Below, in pieces: positions 38,090 to 44,589 of a DNA stretch of 46,305 bases. The position numbers and the translations under genes were made by a program. The notes under the pieces are model-generated. The model searched no databases. It was not told the origin of the DNA and saw nothing but the letters and a program-made list of their open reading frames with translations. The DNA comes from a virus (lineage: Duplodnaviria; Caudoviricetes). The stretch covers positions 1 through 46,305 of the IMG/VR virus record IMGVR_UViG_3300030376_005538; one strand, written 5' to 3'. Within the stretch, counting starts at the first letter, position 1. Each line of letters begins with the position of its first letter.

Positions 38090-38524
38090 TTAGCTTGCTA
38101 TAAAGATTTCAACCTCACAGGCTCCTGTGTCCGCAAGGGCTTCGATTTCGTCAATGTTTGTAAGAGATGCTGAGGCACCAGTGCCTGCATCGTTGGCATC
38201 CGCCACTGAGTTGCCGAGAATAAAAGAATCTCCTGCTTCAATCTTCACGAAGTACTCTTGAACACTTGTTTCCCTCACGCGAAGCGTGATAAAATTTGTC
38301 GAATCCAAATTCGTGATTCTGAGATGCTTTACAGATCCGTCTGCGAAGGCCACACCAGAAGCGGCTGAAGCGAAGCTCACTAAGTCGATATACCCTGAAG
38401 TCGGTACATCTAAGATTCTGTGCAATACATCAGTCACGCCAGCGACCGTTTGAGTATTGGTTGCCCCGAGGGATGTCCCGTTCAGGGTGACCGCTTCTGT
38501 TATAGTGAGTGTCAGATCTGCCAT
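38090..38524 (-). CDS. Virion structural protein (paralog group A), 144 aa
   Basis: MADLTLTITEAVTLNG, HLRITNLDSTNFITL, KIEAGDSFIL, EVEIFIAS. Confidence 0.65.
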   Translation of the reverse strand: MADLTLTITEAVTLNGTSLGATNTQTVAGVTDVLHRILDVPTSGYIDLVSFASAASGVAFADGSVKHLRITNLDSTNFITLRVRETSVQEYFVKIEAGDSFILGNSVADANDAGTGASASLTNIDEIEALADTGACEVEIFIAS

Positions 38525-38548
38525 GGGTGCAAATATAGCCTATTATGA

Positions 38549-39928
38549 TTACTCGGAAAACATCCTTGCAGCTGCCCCGTACTTCATCTTGGCACCAAAT
38601 CCACCTCCTTCTGCTTCTGCAAGGTTCTCAAAGAGCAGGTTTGTGTCCAAACCGAGCTTTCTAAGCTCAACCAGCTGGGCATTGATCTGATCCGTCTTAG
38701 ACAGAAGGTCGCCTCCAGCCACCAGGTTGGTTATGTTGGATATCATCTCGGGAGGTACATTCTCATAGTTTCCCCCCATGGTCTTCTTAAAGGCATCGTT
38801 GTACATAGCCATCTTCTTAGGATCAATGGGGTCACCCTCCTCCAGTCTTCCTCCTTCATCCATCTGCTGGCCAAGCTTGAAGTCCTTGGGTAGCCTACTG
38901 GGATCAAACTGACCTGCGACAATACCTTTTACATAGTCACGAGTCTCTTTCGGCCAGAAGTAACCATCGTACTTACCTTCACCCTTGGCATCCATGAGGG
39001 CCACTAGCTCTTCCGAGTTGGTTGGGTTGATATCAAATCCAGCCTTCTTTGCTGCATTCCATCCTTCAACGGCTTTGCGGCTGCCCTGATTGTACCCACT
39101 GTACGCTCTGGCGAGCCTACTGATGTCGCTTTCGGCGTTCTTGACCCAGGACTTATTGTACATCTTATCAATGTAGTAGTCTCTGACCTTCTCATTGACT
39201 GCCTCATCGTACACATCCGATCCCTCTGGGACAATGCCATCCTTAATAGCGTCGGTCAAGGCACCCTCAGCAATCCCATAAAGACCTCCTGCATACCCAG
39301 AATCAGCCTTGGGGTTGTTCGAGCTTTCGTAATACCTCTGAATAAACTTCCTCTCAGCACTCGTAGTTGGGGTGCCACCACCGCTTGTCGGCTGAGCCTG
39401 GGTCTGAGGCTGGTTATTCGGTTCTTTTATCGCTTTAACGGGAGCTGATGAGTCACCTGCAAACTCTGGGGGAGCATTTCCTGTGGTGTCAGCTACGTCG
39501 AAGGGGCCTTCTGTGCGATTGTACACTGGGTCAAATGACCCGTCGGAGGGACCCTTGTCTCTTTGAGGGAAGGAAAGCCTCGTGGCCGCCTGCTCTTCCT
39601 CACCACCAGAAATGTAATTCATAACCGAATCGTAGGCTTCACCACCAAGAGACTTAATGTAGCTCATAAATCCTCCTTCTGACTCAGGTGGGTCATTCTG
39701 CTCCCCCGCAAGTGGTTCTACTTGATCCTCGTAGGGGCGTGACTTGTCCCAACCTAGCGGAGCATTGAGGAGGTTGTTCATATAGGTGTCTGCATCCTTC
39801 TCTGCCTCCTCCTTTTCGGGGTCACTAAGCTTAAACCTAGTGCCGTTGGCAGCAAAGTAGTCCAGAGGCCTTGGCGACCGTCTTTTTTGGACCTGAAAAC
39901 CCTGTGGGCGTCGTGTTCGTGTAATCAT
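38549..39928 (-). CDS. Virion protein with a lytic transglycosylase (SLT)-like domain, 459 aa
   Basis: YESSNNPKADSGYAGGLYGI, AYSGYNQG, PKETRDYV. Confidence 0.7.
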   Translation of the reverse strand: MITRTRRPQGFQVQKRRSPRPLDYFAANGTRFKLSDPEKEEAEKDADTYMNNLLNAPLGWDKSRPYEDQVEPLAGEQNDPPESEGGFMSYIKSLGGEAYDSVMNYISGGEEEQAATRLSFPQRDKGPSDGSFDPVYNRTEGPFDVADTTGNAPPEFAGDSSAPVKAIKEPNNQPQTQAQPTSGGGTPTTSAERKFIQRYYESSNNPKADSGYAGGLYGIAEGALTDAIKDGIVPEGSDVYDEAVNEKVRDYYIDKMYNKSWVKNAESDISRLARAYSGYNQGSRKAVEGWNAAKKAGFDINPTNSEELVALMDAKGEGKYDGYFWPKETRDYVKGIVAGQFDPSRLPKDFKLGQQMDEGGRLEEGDPIDPKKMAMYNDAFKKTMGGNYENVPPEMISNITNLVAGGDLLSKTDQINAQLVELRKLGLDTNLLFENLAEAEGGGFGAKMKYGAAARMFSE

Positions 39929-40688
39929 ACAGCTATTCCTGTGTCTAAAACAAAGATACCGATTCTTTCTTTTCCAAATTCAACAGTGATGAGGCCATGT
40001 TTGACTCAAACACTGTGAGATCGCGAAGTTATAAAACAAATTTTGAAAAGTCAACCGTCAAGTAAGGGTTTATGTAACGTCGCTTACGGTATTGATTATG
40101 AGAAAGTTAGAATCATACACCCGTCTCAAGGCATATAAAGGGACTGAATCAAGATCCGTCAAAAAAGGGGGTGAGTTATGTTCACCGTGGGGATTATATA
40201 TATTTGCACACGCTGCCTTATGAAGTCCGAAACGGACTTTGCCGACCCCCCCCTGCTACTTTGTAGCAGTTTTGCGTACAACTTTCAGCTTTTTCTGACT
40301 GAGTATCAGTCAGTTAGCATCGGTTACCTCGACCAACGCATGAGACTGCAGGAAGCATCGTGCTGTCTGGCAACGTTGGACAATCCCCCACCTAAACCCT
40401 TGGTTTAGATATGTAGCCCCAATAGAGGGGAAACACTATTAGCATTTCAATACTTCGTATTGAGGTTGTTGCCAAACGGAATTATAGTTTCAAACTCACT
40501 ACTTCGTAGTGAAGTCAATCGGCTTTCTTCACACACACAATACCCTGCGAGTCAACTAGTTGACCCTGCGGTATCGCGACCTTTACTCTAACCCTGTTAG
40601 AGTACTTCTGGCCAAGGTAGAGATATGTATTAGAAAGAATGAATTCTATGAATTCTTTCTAATACATTATCTCATAAACAGTTTTCAA
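39929..40688. other. Non-coding control region between the divergent late and early blocks (possible genome end/origin)
   Basis: No credible ORF; coding strand and composition switch here; several hairpins. Confidence 0.6.
40620..40673. repeat. Long imperfect inverted repeat (early hairpin, divergent copy)
   Basis: GAGATA-TGTATTAGAAAGAAT..ATTCTTTCTAATACA-T-TATCTC, just before the first early gene. Confidence 0.8.
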
Positions 40689-41201
40689 ATGTCAAACTTC
40701 CAATTTTCCGACTGCAAGAAGGCAGTCAACCAAGCCCTCTTCCGTCCAACCGCAGACCGCAAGGCAGCCGCAATCAAAGCTTTGCAAGAAGCTTTGGAGT
40801 TGGTCACTAACCTCGAAGAGGTTAAGGACAAGCCGAAGGCTTCCAAGACGAAGAAGCGTCGTCGTAAGACGACGAAGAGGACACCTTCACAGAAGGTGGC
40901 AGACCACATGGACAAGGCTTCGATGAAGACCAACGAAGTTGGTCCAGTCAAGCCTTCGAAGAAGGCTAAGACAGCTTCCGTCAAGGAAGCTAAGGCATCT
41001 CTGAAAGAGATGGACGCCAAGAACAAGGCGAAGAAGCAATCGAAGATTGAGGCCAAGAAGGTCGCTATGGGGGTCAGTGAAACTGACCGAGTAGCTTCCT
41101 TGGAAGCTAAGATTGAGGCCTTGACGCAGTGCTTGGCCATGCACATGGAGACTACGTCTCTCCCCTCTGCTATCGAAGATAGCAATAATGTTCCCTTCTA
41201 A
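40689..41201 (+). CDS. Lys/Ala-rich early protein (histone H1-like composition), 170 aa
   Basis: Start MSNFQFSDCKK; KPKASKTKKRRRKTTKR and KPSKKAKTASVKEAK tracts. Confidence 0.75.
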   Translation: MSNFQFSDCKKAVNQALFRPTADRKAAAIKALQEALELVTNLEEVKDKPKASKTKKRRRKTTKRTPSQKVADHMDKASMKTNEVGPVKPSKKAKTASVKEAKASLKEMDAKNKAKKQSKIEAKKVAMGVSETDRVASLEAKIEALTQCLAMHMETTSLPSAIEDSNNVPF

Positions 41202-41207
41202 TCGTTC

Positions 41208-41289
41208 TAGTATCTCTTACTACACACTCTCTTCATTTATGAAGAGTGTGTAGTTAGAGAGACTTACCACTCAAAATTTCAAACTTCAA
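41208..41289 (+). repeat. Early hairpin repeat, copy 1
   Basis: TAGTATCTCTTACTACACACTCTCTTCATTTATGAAGAGTGTGTAGTTAGAGAGACTTA, followed by AAACTTCAA. Confidence 0.95.
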
Positions 41290-41300
41290 ACCCCATACCT

Positions 41301-41441
41301 ATGGATAAGCAACTGCGCCGTCAGCTCATCGCTGACCTCCTGACCTCTTCGTTCGACTTCGACCTCCTCACATCCACATCCGAGTGGGACGAGCTGACCT
41401 GCGACGAGCAAATGACCTTGGCCGACCTCATCGACTGCTGA
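41301..41441 (+). CDS. Small acidic early protein, 46 aa (not in ORF track)
   Basis: MDKQLRRQLIADLLTSSFDFDLLTSTSEWDELTCDEQMTLADLIDC; early-type codon usage and conserved leader. Confidence 0.7.
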   Translation: MDKQLRRQLIADLLTSSFDFDLLTSTSEWDELTCDEQMTLADLIDC

Positions 41442-41451
41442 AAGCAGTACA

Positions 41452-41504
41452 GGTACACTGACGAGTCCTGAATGGACGAAACACCCCTTTGGGGTGTCTG
41501 TATC
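41452..41504 (+). ncRNA. Type I hammerhead ribozyme
   Basis: GGTACA CTGACGA GTCC-TGAAT-GGAC GAAA CACCCC-TTT-GGGGTG TC|TGTATC: full catalytic core, three stems, GUC cleavage triplet at 41496-41498. Confidence 0.92.
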
Positions 41505-41523
41505 AAACTTCAATTCATCTACG

Positions 41524-41889
41524 ATGACAAAACTTCAAGAACTATACTTCACCATCCAAGGATGGGACGGGTTCAGTGTCAAGCACGACCTGAACGAGTA
41601 CGGAGGCGGTGGTTACGCTGTGGGCGGAGCGTCCAAGTGCTTTGAAATCAAAGCCGACGACCTCTCATGGAACCACTTTGCCTACACCATCATGCCCCAC
41701 TTGCGTGAGCTGACACGGGGCAAAGCATCAAACCTCCTCCTTGGAGGATGGGTCGATGACGACGGCATGGCCTACATCGAACTCTCCACCATCGTGCAAG
41801 ACCGCAGGCAGGCGATTGACTTGGGTGTGGAGCGCGAAGAGAAAGCCATCTACGACCTTTGGAACAACTGCGAAATCAAACTCACATGA
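41524..41889 (+). CDS. Early phage protein, 121 aa
   Basis: Start MTKLQELYF; DGFSV, GYAVG, LGGWVD..AYIELS..AIDLG..KAIYDL. Confidence 0.75.
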   Translation: MTKLQELYFTIQGWDGFSVKHDLNEYGGGGYAVGGASKCFEIKADDLSWNHFAYTIMPHLRELTRGKASNLLLGGWVDDDGMAYIELSTIVQDRRQAIDLGVEREEKAIYDLWNNCEIKLT

Positions 41890-42056
41890 ACACATACGCA
41901 TACTACGTGTACTACGGACGCGATCGAGACGACTGGCGCAAGGACACCATCCAAGCGTCAACCCTTGACGGAGCAATCCGCAAGGCACAGGACGAGTGGG
42001 CTACAAGTGGCTACACGGTCTGGAACAAGACATTCAAACTCATTGACAATCAGTAA
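41886..42056 (+). CDS. Small early protein, 56 aa
   Basis: MNTYAYYVYY..; ATGA overlap with the upstream gene. Confidence 0.7.
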   Translation: MNTYAYYVYYGRDRDDWRKDTIQASTLDGAIRKAQDEWATSGYTVWNKTFKLIDNQ

Positions 42057-42079
42057 ATTAACCCCTCAAACTTCAACAA

Positions 42080-42202
42080 ATGGTACAGCTACTATTCAAC
42101 ATCAACCTCGCATTGGCGGGAGCCTGCGGACTTGTGGGCATCATCATGCTGACAGGCATGGCAATGGACTCTGTTAAGAACTTGAAAGACAAGCAGTTAT
42201 GA
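42080..42202 (+). CDS. Small single-TM membrane protein, 40 aa (not in ORF track)
   Basis: MVQLLFNINLALAGACGLVGIIMLTGMAMDSVKNLKDKQL; ATGA overlap with the downstream gene. Confidence 0.6.
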   Translation: MVQLLFNINLALAGACGLVGIIMLTGMAMDSVKNLKDKQL

Positions 42203-42387
42203 ACGCCCTCTTCAACCGATTCTTCAACCCGTTCCGTGGCCTTGCACACGACGAGTTGGTGCTCTCGTACCTTCACATGAGCGACGCAAACGACTACGAA
42301 GGCGTAGCGATGGTGGCCGACGCCTACGATGAGGACACTTTCATCGACCTCAGACCCTTCGGCATCTCCACTCGGGACTTCAAATAA
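42199..42387 (+). CDS. Small early protein, 62 aa
   Basis: Early-type codon usage; ends just before hairpin copy 2. Confidence 0.7.
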   Translation: MNALFNRFFNPFRGLAHDELVLSYLHMSDANDYEGVAMVADAYDEDTFIDLRPFGISTRDFK

Positions 42388-42390
42388 TGT

Positions 42391-42470
42391 TAGTATCTCT
42401 TACTATACACTCTCTTCATTTATGAAGAGTGTATAGTTAGAGAGACTTACCACTCAATGTTAAACTTCAA
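42391..42470 (+). repeat. Early hairpin repeat, copy 2
   Basis: Near-identical to copy 1, with a compensatory C-G to T-A change in the stem. Confidence 0.95.
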
Positions 42471-42481
42471 ATTTCCATATC

Positions 42482-42712
42482 ATGGACAACTTCTTCAAAC
42501 GCCCCGTCGGTGCGGCGGTGCTCTACCTCAACGACTTGCACTTCGGCAAGCATCTCAATGACCTCAATCGGTGTGCTCGGCTTGTGCCGAAGGACGTAAA
42601 AGGCATGGCCTCCATGCTGTCCAACACCACATTCATGAGCGACGACGCGAAGGATGCGGTCATTGACACTCTTGTTGAATGGGCAAACGATGCCGAAAAC
42701 TCCGAAGCATGA
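42482..42712 (+). CDS. Small early protein, 76 aa
   Basis: Follows the conserved leader; ATGA overlap downstream. Confidence 0.7.
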   Translation: MDNFFKRPVGAAVLYLNDLHFGKHLNDLNRCARLVPKDVKGMASMLSNTTFMSDDAKDAVIDTLVEWANDAENSEA

Positions 42713-43023
42713 AATTCAAACTAGACTTCAAGACCACGCTACCACACGTAGCTATGACCACGGCATACGACATTGACATAGACCGAGCCACGGGCGTAGA
42801 GATGGACACCACCGTAGAGATTGACCCCAACCACGGAACAGGTGGGTGGTACGAAACCTACGACCTTGACACGGGAGGTGACCGCTTCTATGCAGGAGGA
42901 ATCCTCGAAGTGTATTGGGATGACAACGGAGATGTACGCCTCACGGGGTACGATGGATGCTTCGAACTCCCTGAATTTATCACCGATGCTCTTGAAAAGA
43001 AGGGCGTAATCATTGACCTATGA
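42709..43023 (+). CDS. Acidic early protein, 104 aa
   Basis: Start MKFKLDF; YAGGIL..LTGYDGCFELP motif. Confidence 0.7.
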   Translation: MKFKLDFKTTLPHVAMTTAYDIDIDRATGVEMDTTVEIDPNHGTGGWYETYDLDTGGDRFYAGGILEVYWDDNGDVRLTGYDGCFELPEFITDALEKKGVIIDL

Positions 43024-43214
43024 GCGATTACAAAAATCACGACACGTGCCACAAGTGCGGAGGCACTGGCATCTTCCTCGAATCCCAAGAGGTTGGCTAC
43101 GGCCAACACGGAACATCCATGTGGCTCTACGACTACGAATGCGAGGACTGCCAAGCAACGTGGGACATAAGCCTTGAACTCACCCCTGTATCACGAGAAA
43201 ACCACGAATCATGA
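43020..43214 (+). CDS. Zinc-ribbon early protein, 64 aa
   Basis: CHKCGG and CEDC pairs. Confidence 0.7.
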   Translation: MSDYKNHDTCHKCGGTGIFLESQEVGYGQHGTSMWLYDYECEDCQATWDISLELTPVSRENHES

Positions 43215-43411
43215 CACAAGAACAATGCGAACGTGCAGTCAAAGCACTGCAAGAGTGCGGACTCACCGCCTCCCATGTGCAGGGTGCGCCTGACGACCAC
43301 GGCGTGTGGTTGGACAGCGTATGGAACGAGCAATTACAAGAAACATTCAGCTTCCGACTCCACGACGAGGAAGTAGAGTGGTGGGGAATCGAAACAACAA
43401 AAGACAAATGA
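43211..43411 (+). CDS. Small early protein, 66 aa
   Basis: ATGA overlaps on both sides. Confidence 0.65.
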   Translation: MTQEQCERAVKALQECGLTASHVQGAPDDHGVWLDSVWNEQLQETFSFRLHDEEVEWWGIETTKDK

Positions 43412-43554
43412 CACAACACGAAAGACTATCCCTCCGACAGACCCACTGCGGTGGCTTCGAACGTGCGCTCATCGAGGCGTGGTTCAAGGCAGACATGGGC
43501 AACAAGGCTACCCTCGAAGAAGCCTTCAAGAACACCAACTTCGACCTTACATAG
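43408..43554 (+). CDS. Small early protein, 48 aa
   Basis: MTQHERLS..GGFERALIEAWFKADMGNKATLEEAF. Confidence 0.7.
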   Translation: MTQHERLSLRQTHCGGFERALIEAWFKADMGNKATLEEAFKNTNFDLT

Positions 43555-43637
43555 AGAGTGTTAGTATATATACTCTCTCTGAACGTAGTGAAGAGAGTAT
43601 ATATACAACACCTCTCAACAACATTTTCAAACTTCAA
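43554..43637 (+). repeat. Early hairpin, divergent copy
   Basis: GAGAGTGTT-A-GTATATATACTCTCT-CTGAACGTAGTGA-AGAGAGTATATATAC-AACACCTCTC, followed by TTTCAAACTTCAA. Confidence 0.85.
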
Positions 43638-43648
43638 ATCCAATACCA

Positions 43649-43909
43649 ATGGACAACATCAAAGACATGACGAACGACGAGTTCATCAGCCACCTCATGA
43701 CGGGGTACAACAAGCACGGAGCACTCGTGCAGATGGTGGTCATGGACTGCCTTCAGCGTGGTCTTGACCACTACATCTCAGCCAAGGAGCAAATCCTTGA
43801 GGAGCACAACAAGTCCCGTGAAGACGGACGTATCTCACTCATCAACATGGAGGCATGGGTCTCCTGCTGTGAGGACACTAAGCAACGAATCGAAAACAAG
43901 TACTCATGA
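43649..43909 (+). CDS. Early protein, 86 aa
   Basis: MTNDEFISHLM..HGALVQMVVM..INMEAW. Confidence 0.7.
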   Translation: MDNIKDMTNDEFISHLMTGYNKHGALVQMVVMDCLQRGLDHYISAKEQILEEHNKSREDGRISLINMEAWVSCCEDTKQRIENKYS

Positions 43910-44049
43910 AAAACATCATCGAAGTAATTGTCGAACTCTCCCGTATGCAGGGACAGGCCATCGACAGGGCGCAGGCAGAGGCCATCAACAATGCCGTAGA
44001 GAAAGCCCACGACAAGTGGCAAAACGAACAAAAAGATTTGGTTGATTGA
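43906..44049 (+). CDS. Small helical early protein, 47 aa (not in ORF track)
   Basis: MKNIIEVIVELSRMQGQAIDRAQAEAINNAVEKAHDKWQNEQKDLVD; ATGA overlap. Confidence 0.65.
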   Translation: MKNIIEVIVELSRMQGQAIDRAQAEAINNAVEKAHDKWQNEQKDLVD

Positions 44050-44061
44050 AGTTTGACCACA

Positions 44062-44125
44062 GGGGGGACGCCTTTCGGGATGCAATTCGATCGGATGCGA
44101 GTGTGAAACGTCACACCTTCCCCCC
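44062..44125 (+). ncRNA. Structured RNA element 1 (closed multibranch)
   Basis: GGGGGGA/TCCCCCC closing stem with an internal GTGTGA-AACG-TCACAC hairpin. Confidence 0.5.
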
Positions 44126-44135
44126 GATTTTTTCA

Positions 44136-44257
44136 AGGGAGCGCACAACACATGGCAGATGACCCTCGTGGTAGATGACCGACGTGTGGGTGCGTACATC
44201 AAGGCATCAAGCGGTGCCAAGGATGGCAGTTGTGTTCGAATCCCAACCTCCCTTCTA
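44136..44257 (+). ncRNA. tRNA-mimic RNA A
   Basis: AGGGAG/CTCCCT acceptor-like stem, GTTGTG-TTCGAAT-CCCAAC T-arm, then T-CTA; long internal hairpins replace D and anticodon arms. Confidence 0.55.
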
Positions 44258-44291
44258 TTAGTCGGCGGACGTTAAACGCATACTAACAAGT

Positions 44292-44364
44292 GACCTTGAA
44301 TCCCGTCAAGTGTGGATGCGGCAGGGTCGAGATATATTCCACACGCCCCGATACCTCGTGGGGT
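44292..44364 (+). ncRNA. Pseudoknotted structured element
   Basis: GACCTTG/CAGGGTC stem; loop GTGTGGA pairs with downstream TCCACAC; then a GCCCC/GGGGT hairpin. Confidence 0.45.
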
Positions 44365-44380
44365 AACAAGCATCAAGGGA

Positions 44381-44448
44381 GAGTGCGGGCAAGGAGAGCA
44401 ATGCCACTGAACGGGTGACACCTAGACGTTCAGGCTCCACCTGCATTC
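44381..44448 (+). ncRNA. Long interrupted stem-loop element
   Basis: Nested helices GAGTGCGGG/CCTGCATTC, GGAG/CTCC, CTGAACG/CGTTCAG. Confidence 0.5.
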
Positions 44449-44455
44449 GTTACAT

Positions 44456-44587
44456 GGCAGTGACACTAGCGATGGAGGCATCGCATTGGTGTGTACACAG
44501 CAATATCTACTCCTTCTACCCTTTACCGAGGGCTTATGGCAACGAGTATGAGCTTGTGTGGTGGTTCGACTCCACCCTCTGCTACTA
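44456..44587 (+). ncRNA. tRNA-mimic RNA B
   Basis: GGCAGTG/CTCTGCT acceptor-like stem, perfect GGTGG-TTCGACT-CCACC T-arm, then A-CTA; internal ACACTA-GCGATG/CATCGC-TGGTGT hairpin and a branched ACACAG/TTGTGT arm. Confidence 0.6.
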
Positions 44588-44589
44588 TC

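Larger units (their letters stand above)
6900..39958 (-). promoter_or_regulatory. Dispersed Bacteroidota-type -7 promoter elements (TAnnTTTG), ~10 intergenic copies
   Basis: Plus-strand CAAAnnTA starting at 6900, 18348, 19263, 20124, 24458, 25377, 29303, 31925, 38530, 39951, each just upstream of a minus-strand start; mostly TATATTTG. Confidence 0.8.

Noticed and set aside
41208-41267. Early hairpins as intrinsic terminators
   Set aside because: Long AT-rich stems with no U-tract on either strand.
44136-44587. tmRNA or ordinary tRNAs in the ncRNA array
   Set aside because: No G3-U70 alanine identity pair, no tag ORF, and no canonical D or anticodon arms.
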